Assembly: GCA_964016885.1 (NCBI GenBank)
Contig: OZ024742.1
Span: 221,340,001-221,404,000, forward strand
Source of the DNA: Eledone cirrhosa
Lineage: Eukaryota
Direction: 5' to 3'
DNA: 64,000 nucleotides
Under the pieces are notes generated by a model. The model did no database searches, was not told the DNA's origin, and saw only the letters and a list, made by a program, of their open reading frames with translations. Each line of letters starts with the position of its first letter. Within the stretch, counting starts at the first letter, position 1. Positions 50,806 to 63,883 of this stretch are shown piece after piece. Position numbers and translations under genes: made by a program.

Positions 50806-51031
50806 CCAATTATCAGGGAAATATTTATCAACAATTTCTCTCATTTTGGCTTGTTGGTTGTGGAGTATCTCTGGTTCAAAGTAAAGAATGACGTACAACA
50901 TACTGGCTTGGGTAGCAAGAGCTGTAGACCTGTGTTCTGGAAGTGGGTAGGCAGCCACTTGGTTGTAGATGTCATCTGAACGTAGTCGGCCAATTACCAT
51001 ACTAATGAATACACGGTTAATGGGAACTCGG
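50806..51031 (-). CDS. WASHC5: Strumpellin exon [24 protein letters not shown]...KYFPDNW
   Basis: ttgcag| acceptor, TGG|gtaag donor; 226 nt. Confidence 0.95.
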
Positions 51032-53908
51032 CTGCAAAAAATAGGACAGACAGATTATTTAGGAAGGTATCCTTAACCTTTACCATGCTCTAGGTGACAT
51101 AAGGCGCTGATAGAGTAATCTCCCCTTAATACATAATTCTGTGTCAAGAGAAAGAATTCATAAAAATTTCTAGTGTGCTAAAGGTTAAAAAAGATCAATA
51201 ACCCTTTTCAAACTTTGTGTAAAGGAACGGTGGAAGGCAACTTCCAGCCTGAGACCTGCTCTAAATGCTTGCAATAGAGTAAGCTCTGTTAAAGGCACCC
51301 AAGGGCCATGTGGTGCTGTTAAACCCAGCAATAGGTTAAAATCTTTGCTACCAAACTTTATGAAATCGTTCCTGGTTATATTATACCAAATTGATTGTTT
51401 TAAAGTGTTCGTATTTATCTAAAAACTTTTGATTGTAATTTTGTGTAAGAACCTTTATTAAGTTATGCTCCAAACATCTGCTTAATAATGAGAAAGTTAG
51501 TTATATTATTAACTCTCTCTAAATTTTTGATTATTTTAAATATTATTTGTAAACGATAGATAGTGTATTTCTTTAGATCTATGGTAATGAAATAGGATAC
51601 AGTGGGATTTGAACTTAAAATGCAAAGTCCTGGAATAAATACTTCAAGACATATCGTCTGATTCTCTACCAATTCAACCAATCTACTGCTCTGCATATGT
51701 ACTTTATCATCTTCAAAATATAAAAGACAAAGGTATTCTCAGTTAGATTTGAACTCAGAGCCAATGTAATTTATAACTGCAGCAGTACTCTGGATGTACA
51801 CTAAGTTTAGAACTGATATTAGTCCAACGCATGCAAGTGTGGAAAAATAGATGTAAAAACGATGATGGTAATGATTATTTAGCAAATTGACGTGAAAATA
51901 TCAAGAATCAGTACCAGTCCAATTGATTCTCTTTCTCCCTCAATGTCTCTTTATCTCTGTCTGGTCTCTCAATGTCTCTTTATCTCTGTCTGGACTCTCA
52001 ATATCTCTTTATCGGACTCTCAATGCCTCTTTATATCTCTGGAAGAGATTGACTGTGGTCATGTCTGGAGAGAGACATGAGCTTTACACAATTTTTAAAT
52101 CCCCATGATACACTGTGCATCATGATAGCACTCCTAGTACATCATTAGGAGTTGAAGGCTGGCTCAAGGAAAGATGGAAATACACACACACACACACACA
52201 CACACATCATCATCATCCTTTTTATGTCTGTTCTTTCATGCTTGTGTTCCTTTGTCATCTCAGCTTTGATGAAATAAGCTCTCACCACAGCTACTCAAGT
52301 TTTTCTTGGTTTTCCTCTCTACTGCAGCTTCCTTCTCTTGGCACTTCATCATCCATACACATCACATAGTCTTCTTCTCTCTTGCATGCTACATCTGATT
52401 CATTTCATACTCAGTTTTTCCACACCCTGTCAATCATGCGCATTAACATCACACAACATAGCATGCTTGCTTTATTTCTATCCAGCTTCCATATATCCTC
52501 AGCATTTGCTGCCCGTGTCTCACTGCCATGAAATATCCCACTTTTCATGCAGGCATCATACAATCTACCCTTAGCCAGTAGATAAAATCCCTTTGTTGTC
52601 TACAGGGGTAGTAGCTCCTTGAACTTTTTCCAGATTGTTCTTATTCCAGCTTCTATGGTTTTAGAGCATCTTCCTCCACCATTAATTAGGTCACCTGAGT
52701 AACAGAAACTATCAACTATATTCATACATACACATGCCATGCATACACACACACACACACACACTCATGCCATACAAAAGTGCATGCCACATACATTCAT
52801 ATACACAATCATACATACACACACACACTAACAATAACCTTTCTTGCTGCCAACTTAGTTATGAAATCAATATTTGAACAGTGTTATTGTACCTGTATGT
52901 AATGTGTATATAGAATAAGCCCTATAAAGGCAGTGTGTGTGTGTATATATGTGTATATATATATACATATATATATATAATCATCCTACTTACACACACA
53001 ACTGTTGTAGTTCTGCATGCATACAAACACTAAGTATTATTGGTGACATACATATTTATACATACACATATCTATTCTTTCTTGCTAATTAAAACTTTGG
53101 TCATTGCTAGATTTACTTTTGGACATCTAAAATCTAGGTTTTGCTTTCACTTTAGGAATTGATAGATTCATATCGGAGAACCAAGCATCTTTATTGACAG
53201 ACACTTTTAACCCTTTCATTAACCCTACTTCATGCTAAATTCTTAGTTGAACTCATTGCTAGCCCTTACTATGGAGATAGCGTCTCTGCATTTGACACGT
53301 CCTGTTCTCACAAACCATTTATCTAGATCTAGTTTTCTTAGTGTCAACCAGACTACAAAGTGTGGTAAGTTGCCAACGGGCTTCAGTTGGATAATAAATC
53401 CCAGCTATAGTGACTTGCTTTTAGCTAAGAACTTCTGAGGTTTTTTCTCACTAGGAAGAGGTCATTAGTGGCATAAACACTGAATTGCACCTCATTTTAG
53501 TCAATTTTTTCTCCCTAATTGGTTGATTTATGAATTGGCAGAATTGTTAGAATGTCAGCTTAAATGTCTCAGTATTTGTTCCAGCTTTCTGCACTCTGAG
53601 TTCAAATCTTGCCAAGATCTATTTGCCTTTCGTCATTTTGCTATTGATAAATAAACGACCAGATAAGGATGAAGGATTGATGGAATTGTTAGAGTATTGG
53701 CTGGGATGACTTACAGTATCTCTTCCAGTTTTGAGCATTCTGAATTCAAATCCTGCCTGTTGTCACCAGAAGAGCTGTGATGGTAATACCAGGAGTTGTG
53801 ACTAACAGAATAGTATCAGCAATAGAAACATAGTTCCCATGGTCCTTCTATTACTAGATTTGAACTCAGGAGTGCAGAGAACCAAAGCAAACACTGTGAC
53901 AATCTGTA

Positions 53909-54450
53909 ACAGGATGGAGAATGCATTGCCCCAGAGGATGGTGAGGGAGACACAGTGAAACAGCTACTCTACCTCATGGGCTTGCACCTGCAAGAGGCCA
54001 ACTCCACCCCAATAGCAGTGAGAAGGGTGTGGTCTGGGGGCCAAGAATGCTGGAGGTTTCCACTGCTACAGGCTCTACCATAAACCTATCTGTAACAATT
54101 CAAGCAATTTGTAGACCAACAAATTAGGGAGAGAAAATTGAGTTAGATGAGGTGCAATACAGTATTTATGCTATTAATGTTCTCTTCCTTGCCCCTTTAA
54201 TAATTGATGTTAATGCAGCAGTCACTGGGATTGACCCCCTCCTGTACTACCTGACTAACTAGAGCATGTTCCATTTTGCCAACGTTTCGCTCTTGGATAA
54301 GTTTATGGTAGAGCCTGTAGGAGTGGAGACTTCTGGCATTCTTGGCCCCTGGACCATACCTCTACTTACTGCTATCGGGGTGGAGTTGGCTGCCTGCAGG
54401 TGTGAGCATCTACCTAGCCATCATTTAGAGCAATGTATTCTCCATCCTGT
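53909..54450. repeat. Diverged inverted repeat (arms 53909-54090 and 54296-54450)
   Basis: For example ctacaggctctaccataaac / gtttatggtagagcctgtag and acaggatggagaat / attctccatcctgt. Confidence 0.8.
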
Positions 54451-54951
54451 CGGTTGGGATGCCGTGGTGGAGGGTAAGTTAGTTGGTGGTGAAGGATACT
54501 CGTTCGGATGTCACTTCAACAACTAAAGTATATTTACAAATGCATACATATATTAATCTATCTTTATCTTTTGTTTTTACTATCTCAGTCACTATCATAG
54601 GTGGTCAGGCTACTTTTCTTCCCTTTCATATCCTCTTTAACCCCCAACATTCTGTAATCATTCAGCAGAAAATATCTAAAAAAGGGTTTGTTTATTCAAA
54701 TATTTGTAGTATCTTAACTCGTGGATAGATCACTGTGGAAATTTACAGTAAACTGAAGTGGAGGTTTTAATATTTAACGTGATAGTGTCATAGTACTGTT
54801 TTGTAATAAGTAACAGGACGTTAAGAGTTAAAGGTCATTTCAGCTGTATAACTGTTCCCACACACACAGACAGAGCAAAGACCAGGGCTTCTAAGAAAAG
54901 ATCTTCTAATATGAATGTATATTAGTATATTAGCCTTTTATATAAAATTTC

Positions 54952-56206
54952 TACAATTTGACAAACGTACACAATTATATATATACACATATGTAAGCCG
55001 ACCTTACCCAACTACACCTCTCAAAGTCAATGACACACGACCGTGACCTCTGGCGTCACGCAGTAATACAGGGTACCCGACCTCCCATGGGTACATGCTG
55101 AAGCATATAAACAATATGCCCCCCCCCCCACCGCAAGGTGGTCGTGGAGGTGCCACGGCAAAAAAGCACCCAGCCCACACTGTAAAGTGGACGTGTAGGC
55201 GCCACGAAAAAGCACCCAGCACTCACTGTAAATGAGGTTGGTGTTAGGAAGGGCATCCAGCTGTAGAAATCAAGCCAGATCAGTTCCTGTATGAGCAAGG
55301 CATGGTCAGCCGACCAGACACTGCCCACAACAGGACAACCCGTCTAACCCATGCTAGCGTGGAAGAACGGACGTAAAACGGTGATGATGATGATGATGTA
55401 CACACACACACACACATACACAAACATATATATATATATATATATAAATTAAAAAATCAGAGCAATATATCATAAATCATGTCTTTAGAATCATCAGATA
55501 AAATATATACTATTTCTTCTTCTAATTAGCATAATTAACCATATAAAAAATCAATTAGAACAAGCTATAAGAATAAATGCTCTTATGGAGAAATCTCCGA
55601 CAAATAACCAAACATAGCCTCTTCGCGGCGGCCCCAATCGAGCATTTATCCAACATTTCGACAGCATGTAGAAACTGACTAAATATACCATCAACCATAC
55701 ACAATCAGGTGTAAAATTAAACTTAGAAGAAATGCGCACATACCGTAATTATATCTCTACCATGGTTTCTTCCTTATTTTTAGACATCCAAATAATAGGA
55801 ATGTCCTGAGTTAAGATTCATCAGGAGACAAACTCAAAATCAGACATCTAGTTTTTCAATCCGATCCCGCCAAAAATAGATTCAAAAATGGTTAAGAATC
55901 GCTATGTGGCTGTGGTCAAGCCAGAAAGAATGTGATTGGTTGCTTACGGCGGGTAGGCTTGCTGCTAGAAAGCGCAGCCAAATATCGCCAAATTTAATCT
56001 CAACCTATTGGGAGATTATTAAATGTTGGATAAATACTCGATTGGGGCCGCCGCGAAGAGGCTTCGTTCAGTTATTTGTCGGAGATTTCTCCATAAGAGC
56101 ATTTATTCTTATAGCTTGTTCTAATTGATTTTTTATATGGTTAATTATGCTAATTAGAAGAAGAAATAGTATATATTTTATCTGATGATTCTAAAGACAT
56201 GATTTA

Positions 56207-56248
<42 letters not shown>

Positions 56249-56303
56249 GTATGTGTGTGTGTGTACATATGTGTATATATATAATTGTGTACGTTTGTCA
56301 AAT
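54952..56303. repeat. Long inverted repeat / foldback element
   Basis: 55466-55658 is a near-perfect reverse complement of 56021-56213; the arms extend outward to 54952 and 56303. Confidence 0.9.
54996..55397 (+). mobile_element. Retroposon with SINE-2 body and RTE tail but no tRNA head (possibly the 3' UTR of another RTE family)
   Basis: Related copy at 38146-38522 (-); inserted into one arm of an inverted repeat whose other arm shows the empty site. Confidence 0.8.
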
Positions 56304-57886
56304 TGTATATATATATATTTACACACACACACAGGTATATATATATATATACACACACACATATACACCTGTCAGTTATAAAATACACTGCACCAGTTCA
56401 AATTTCTAACCTGGAATATTTCCAAAGATACACAGCAGAAATGGTTTTGGCCCCTCCCTCCACACCACCACTGCCATTACTACCACCACACTGCACCTCA
56501 TCTCACCTCACTGGGATAATTTTCATATTAAACAAAGAACAACAACAACAAAATGACCATTACCACCAACACCACCACTACCCTACTAACCACCACTGCC
56601 ACCATACCCAAACCCCACCACTGCCACAAGCAGCAGCAGCAGCAGCAGCAGTGCCGCCGCTGCCATCACCACCACCACCTTCAATAACCTTCTTAACACC
56701 TCTAACAGTGATACAATAACAAGAATATTGATTACTTGAACATAACCACCTCTAGCACACACAGGCTATCACCACCACCACCACCACCACCACCACTACC
56801 ACTACCACCACTACCACTACTACTACACAAGCTATCACAACTCCTGCCACCACCACCGCCAACCCACCATCATATAACCACCACCACATGCACTCATTCC
56901 ACCACCACCACCACCACCACCACCACCACCACCACATGCACTCTATTACCACTTCTCTATTAAAAGTCCAATCACCATTAACATCAATCATTTCTCAATC
57001 AGCACCCCACCCCCATCAACACTGTTACTCTCAACAACCGCACAACATTTGAGCCAACATGGGAACCACTATGTGGTTTCTTAATTGGCTAGAAAGAGCA
57101 GCCAAATCTTTCTTGAATGTCACTCTACCATTTTAAAATTGGAGTGGCATGCTGGATTATCTGGTCCTATATACTGCACTGTATGGTCCACAGCATTTCT
57201 TGGACATTTTAAGCCTGGTGGAGCCCATTCCTCTCAGGGCCTGAGTGCAGCAGATTTCTTCCAGAGAGAGGAAGAATCGACCCCAGTACTAGACTGGTAC
57301 CTCATTTTATTGACCTCGAAAGGATGAAAGGCAAAGTTGACCTCGGCAAGATTTGAACTCAGAGAGCAGAGAGCTGGAACAAATACCATAAAACATTCTA
57401 TCCAACGTTCTAATAACTCTGCCAATTTACTGCCAACTCTGGTCCTATATACAAAAGTAGCGAAAAGGTCATGGCTGAAATTTTGTTTGGTCGGCAGAGA
57501 AAAAGAGCAGTGCCTATGACCCTTTTCAGAGCTTCCAAGACTTGAGAGCAGAAAAACATTCCAAATGCTTGCCACGGTACTGAAGATGCCAGAGTTTAGA
57601 TTAAAATAGCTGATCTATGACTGGTTTGAGTTGGGATATAACGAGTCAGAGCTTGATAAAACCCAACTAGGTCACCTGAGTATGGTTGCATGATGTTGAA
57701 AGACCAGAAACACCTAGTGACCACAGGTAACATTACTGATGATGTATCCCAACTATAACTTATTATATGAGGATGTATCTTGGTAGAAAATGTTAAGGAA
57801 TATTGGAAAAGATTTTATTTTTAAAAATAAAATAATAATTGTTATATATCCCCTGGGGAAAATATGGTTCATATAATGAATCTCAC

Positions 57887-58009
57887 CTGAAAAAGGAATC
57901 TGGATATTTAGGTGGTCGCTTGGCCCCAGCAGCATTTGAAAATCCTGTGCTTCTTAACAGCTTACAGACCTCATCAATGTTGGAGTCATCAGCACCAGTC
58001 TTTTGTGCA
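57887..58009 (-). CDS. WASHC5: Strumpellin exon (first in window), AQKTGADDSNIDEVCKLLRSTGFSNAAGAKRPPKYPDSFF
   Basis: ttttag| acceptor, AG|gtgaga donor; 123 nt, phase 2/2. Confidence 0.93.
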
Positions 58010-58022
58010 CTAAAATAACAGA

Positions 58023-58053
<31 letters not shown>

Positions 58054-58571
58054 TGAGTCACAACCTATAATCATCACCTGATACTATAACAATGGTTCCC
58101 AAACCATGCACTGTGGTGCACTGATGCACCGTGAGATGTAACTAACTAGATGCACTGCAGAAGACTAAGATTAAGTTTTAAGATGTGAAAAATACTGAAA
58201 TATTGAAAAAAAAATGAAATTTGTATGATAGTTCATATATAGCTATCAAAGTGACAAATGTAAAGTTTAGTAACAAGATTTGTGAAAAATGGGCCTAGAA
58301 CCATTTAATTCTATGTTATCAACATTATCGTTTTTACATCCATTTTTCCAAGCTTGCATGGGTCAGATGGGTTCTTCTCAGCACAGCATCTCTCCATTTG
58401 CCGCATTTCTTCGTCATTTCCTCACTGAGTCTCAGCAATTTGAGGTCAGCTCTCAACACTTCTACCCAGGTCATTCTTAGTCAACCTCTACAGGAACTTC
58501 CTTCTATAGGCATTTCCTGGCAATTTTTTCAACCGTCGATCATCATCCATGCACATCTACATATTTCTATA

Positions 58572-60742
58572 GTTCAGACACAATAGTTCTATATACAATT
58601 TAGCAATATAGATATATACACCTCAGGTACAATAATTCTACATACACCTCAGGAATATAGATATATACACCTCAGGTACAATAATTCTATATACACCTCA
58701 GGAATATAGATATATACATCTCAGACACAATAATTCTATATATACCTCAGGAATATAGATATATACACCTCAGGAAAATAGATATATACACCTCAGACAC
58801 AATAATTCTATATACACCTCAGACACAATAATTCTATATACACCTCAGGAATGTAGATATATACACCTCAGACACAATAATTCTATATACACCTCAGGAA
58901 TATAGATATATACATCTCAGACACAATAATTCTATATACACCTCAGGAATATAGATATATACACCTCAGACACAATAATTCTATATACACCTCAGGAATA
59001 TAGATATATACACCTCAGACACAATAATTCTATATACACCGCAGGCATATAGATATATATACCTCAGGAATATAGATATATACATCTCAGACATAATAAT
59101 TCTATATACACCTCGGGAATATAGATATATACACCTCAGACACAATAATTCTATATACACCTCAGGAATATAGATATATACACCTCAGACACAATAATTC
59201 TATATACACCTCAGGAATATAGATATATACACCTCAGGAAAATAGATATATACACCTCAGACACAATAATTCTATATACACCGCAGGCATATAGATATAT
59301 ATATACCTCAGGAATATAGATATATACATCTCAGACACAATAATTCTATATACACCTCAGGAATATAGATATATACACCTCAGACACAATAATTCTATAT
59401 ACACCTCAGGAATATAGATATATACACCTCAGACACAATAATTCTATATACACCTCAGGAATATAGATATATACACCTCAGACACAATAATTCTATATAC
59501 ACCTCAGGAATATAGATATATACACCTCAGACACAATAATTCTATATACACCTCAGGAATATAGATATATACACCTCAGACACAATAATTCTATATACAC
59601 CGCAGGCATATAGATATATATACCTCAGGAATATAGATATATACACCTCAGACACAATAATTCTATATACACCTCAGGAATATAGATATATACATCTCAG
59701 ACACAATAATTCTATATACACCTCAGGAATATAGATATATACACCTCAGACACAATAATTCTATATACACCTCAGGAATATAGATATATACACCTCAGAC
59801 ACAATAATTCTATATACACCGCAGGCATATAGATATATATACCTCAGGAATATAGATATATACATCTCAGACATAATAATTCTATATACACCTCGGGAAT
59901 ATAAATATATACACCTCAGACACAATAATTCTATATACACCTCAGGAATATAGATATATACACCTCAGGAAAATAGATATATACACCTCAGACACAATAA
60001 TTCTATATACACCGCAGGCATATAGATATATATATACCTCAGGAATATAGATATATACATCTCAGACACAATAATTCTATATACACCTCAGGAATATAGA
60101 TATATACACCTCAGACACAATAATTCTATATACACCTCAGGAATATAGATATATACACCTCAGGAAAATAGATATATACACCTCAGACACAATAATTCTA
60201 TATACACCGCAGGCATATAGATATATATATACCTCAGGAATATAGATATATACATCTCAGACACAATAATTCTATATACACCTCAGGAATATAGATATAT
60301 ACACCTCAGACACAATAATTCTATATACACCTCAGGAATATAGATATATACACCTCAGACACAATAATTCTATATACACCGCAGGCATATAGATAAATAT
60401 ACCTCAGGAATATAGATATATACACCTCAGACACAATAATTCTATATACACCTCAGGAATATAGATATATACATCTCAGACACAATAATTCTATATACAC
60501 CTCAGGAATATAGATATATACACCTCAGTCACAATAATTCTATATACACCTCAGGAATATAGATATATACACCTCAGACACAATAATTCTATATATACCT
60601 CAGACACAATAATTCTATATACACCGCAGGCATATAGATATATACCTCAGGAATATAGATATATACATCTCAGACACAATAATTCTATATACACCTCAGG
60701 AATATAGATATATACACCTCAGACACAATAATTCTATATATA
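58572..60742. repeat. Minisatellite of alternating 26-bp and 23-bp subunits (49-bp dimer)
   Basis: agacacaataattctatatacacctc / aggaatatagatatatacacctc. Confidence 0.97.
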
Positions 60743-63700
60743 GCCAAAAAGCTTATCAGCACAGCAACAAAACAGCATAGAAAAAAATATGAAGACGTCG
60801 CATCTCAGAGTTGCAACACTTAATGTTGGCACTCTCAGAGGTAGATCTGCTGAAATAGCGGAGATGCTGGAGAGAAGGCAGGTGGATGTGTGCTGCGTGC
60901 AAGAGGTGAGATGGAGAGGTGCCTCTGCGAGACTAGTCGTAGGCAAGCGTCTTAGCTATAAGCTATTCTGGGTAGGTAAGGATGATGGGTTAGGGGGAGT
61001 AGGCATTTTCCTGGCTGAGAAATGGATCAATAAGACAATAGAGGTAGTTCGAGTTAGTAATCGAATAATTAAGCTTAGATTAGTTGTAGGTAGGAGACTA
61101 CTGACAATCATCTCGGTCTATGCTCCCCAAGCAGGCCTAGGCAAAGATGAGAAAGACTGCTTTTATGAGCAACTTTTGCAAACAACCACAATGACAGAGG
61201 ACTGAGACATCGTTATGCTAGCAGGAGACTTCAATGGTCATGTTGGACAGCTCCAGGATGGTTACACTGGGGTACATGGTGGGCATGGTTACGGTTCAAG
61301 AAATGAAGAAGGAGTGAGACTTCTTGAATTTTGTGATGCAAGTACATTGACTATTTGCAACACAAACTTCCAGAAACCTGCCAATCACCTAATAACCTAC
61401 AAATCTGGTGAGCACATAAGCCAGATTGACTTCCTGCTAGTTAGGCAGCGGGACAGGCAGATAGTGTCTAATACCAAGGCATACCCTGGGGAAGAATGTA
61501 CCCCACAGCATAGGTTAGTTGTTAGTGATATCTCAGTAAGCAAGAGATGGAATGAGCCATATAGGAAGGTGTGGAGAAGAAAGGTCTGGAAGCTAAAAGA
61601 CCTTTCACTAAAATTCAAATTTAGGAAAGCCCTTCAAGATGTATATGACGAAAAAGAAGACGATTTAGAGACGTATGACATAGATAATAACTGGAAGTTC
61701 TTACGTGACAACTTGCTGAAGGCTACTGATGAAACTTGTGGCTGGAGCAGAGCCCCAACCAGACAGAGAGTGACCTGGTGGTGGAACAGCAGTGTAGATA
61801 AGGCTATTAGAGACAAAAGACTAGCATGGAAGGCTTGGAATAAGGGTGGGAGTAGGGAAGAATATACAGCCACTAAGAGAGAAGCTAGACGTCAGGTGTA
61901 CTTAGCACGCAGGGAGGCAGAGAGTAGGAGGTTTGCCAAAGTTCTGCGACGGGAAGATCAGAGGCGTGCGGTGTTCCACATTGCAAGGCAGTGTGTCAAT
62001 GCAAATCAGGATGTTGTTGGTGATAAATGTGTCCGGGATGATGCCGGTGTACTTAGTGTCACGAATGACCAGAAAAAGGAGGCCTGGAAATGCCATTATG
62101 AGAGACTGATGAATGTGGAGAACGAATGGGAGAGAGAGAAATTACCCTTGGTAGATCCGACAGAGGGACCAGCTATTGAGATTGACGAATATAGGGTCCA
62201 AGAGGCGATTAGGGAAATGAAAAATGGTAAGGCGGCCGGACCATCGGGAATAGTTGCTGAGATGTTGAAGGCATCAGGGGACGTAGGCACTAAACTGGTT
62301 GCACGCATAATCAATCAGGCTATATATGGTGGTGTCATACCCAAAGACTGGTGCAGCAGTATTCTCATAAATTGCTACAAAGGTAAAGGGGATGCTTTGG
62401 AGAGGAGCAATTATAGGGGTATAAAACTGATAGATCAGGTTATGAAAGTGGCAGAAAGGATTTTAGCACAACTAATTAGAGAAAGGGTCAAACTAGATGA
62501 GATGCAGTTTGGTTTTGTGCCTGGGAAGAGTACAACAGATGCCCTCTTCTTGGTGAGACAAATGCAAGAGAGGTTCTTAGAGAAGAATAAGCCACTATAC
62601 TTGGCCTTTGTTGACCTAGAGAAGGCCTTTGATAGGGTACCCCGATCTGTCATCTGGTGGTCCCTAAGGAAGCTGGGTGTTGAGGAATGGCTTGTAAGGA
62701 CAGTGCAAACTTTGTACAGAGGTACTCTCAGTAAAGTCAGGGTAGGAATGGAGTTTAGTGAGGAATTCCAGATACAAGTAGGAGTACATCAGGGTTCGGT
62801 CCTCAGCCCGCTCTTGTTCATTATAGTCCCCCAAGCCATAACAGAGGAGTTTAAGACTGGCTGTCCATGGGAACTTCTCTATGCTGACGATCTGGCTCTT
62901 ATGGCAGAATCAGTAGAGGAGCTAGAGAATAAATTCCGGCTATGGAAACAGCAGTTGGAAGCAAGAGGACTGAGAGTAAATCTAGCTAAGACAAAAGTGT
63001 TGATGAGTAGAAAAGAGGACAAAACCCTGATTCCGTCAGGGAAATGGCCATGTTCGATATGCAGAAAAGGAACTGGCATAAATTCTATAAAATGCACACA
63101 ATGTAGGTCCTGGGTACACAAGAGATGTAGCGGGATAGCAGGCAAACTAACAGGTAGGGAGAAATATGTATGCAGTAGATGTACAGGGAAATTAGACAGT
63201 AGAAGTCGCACTGATAGACACATTTTTCAAATGCGAGAGGGCGCTATAGAAGTGGTGGATAGCTTCCGGTACCTAGGAGATCAGATTAGCATGGGAGGAG
63301 GGTGTTCCGAGGCCATAGTATCTAGAATAAGGACGGGTTGGAAGAAGTTTAGGGAGCTGCTTCCTCTGTTGACGAAGAAGGGTTTCTCCCTGCGTACGAA
63401 AGGCCGGTTGTATGATGCCTGTGTGAGGAGCGCGATGCTGCATGGTAGTGAGACATGGGCAGCTACCGCAGAAGATATGCGACGGCTGGAGAGAAATGAG
63501 GCAAGCATGCTCCGTTGGATGTGCAGTGTAAATGTGCGTGAACGACCCAGCATAAATGTGTTGAGAGAGAAACTGTGTCTGAGAGGGATAGAACGTAGTG
63601 TACGGGAGAGGAGACTGAGGTGGTATGGACATGTGATGCGCATGGAGGATGACCGATGGGTGAAGAAGTGCCAGGAAATGCCAGTTGAAGGAAGACGTAG

Positions 63701-63883
63701 TAGAGGTAGACCACGAAAAACATGGGCGGAGGTGGTGAGAACAGACCTCAGATCATTGAAGCTCACGGTGGAGATGACGAGGGACCGTGACGAGTGGAGA
63801 GATGCTGTGCTGAATAAGACCCGTCCCACCCTTGCAAGCAGGGAAAAGCGGACGTAAAATGATGATGATGATGATGATGATGA
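60743..63883 (+). mobile_element. RTE-clade LINE, family B, almost complete ORF, inserted into a minisatellite in a WASHC5 intron
   Basis: APE start HLRVATLNVGTL, CCVQE, RT LYADD, PHD-like finger; ORF ends directly at the (GAT)n tail; same minisatellite on both flanks. Confidence 0.95.
60789..63857 (+). pseudogene. RTE APE-RT ORF with a single in-frame TGA (61203-61205)
   Basis: ORFs 60789-61205 and 61215-63857 are in the same frame (offset 426). Confidence 0.88.

Noticed and set aside
55551-56128. Two similar small ORFs (…KCWIN.RLGPPRRG…) suggesting a duplicated gene
   Set aside because: They are the two arms of the inverted repeat and show no coding signature.
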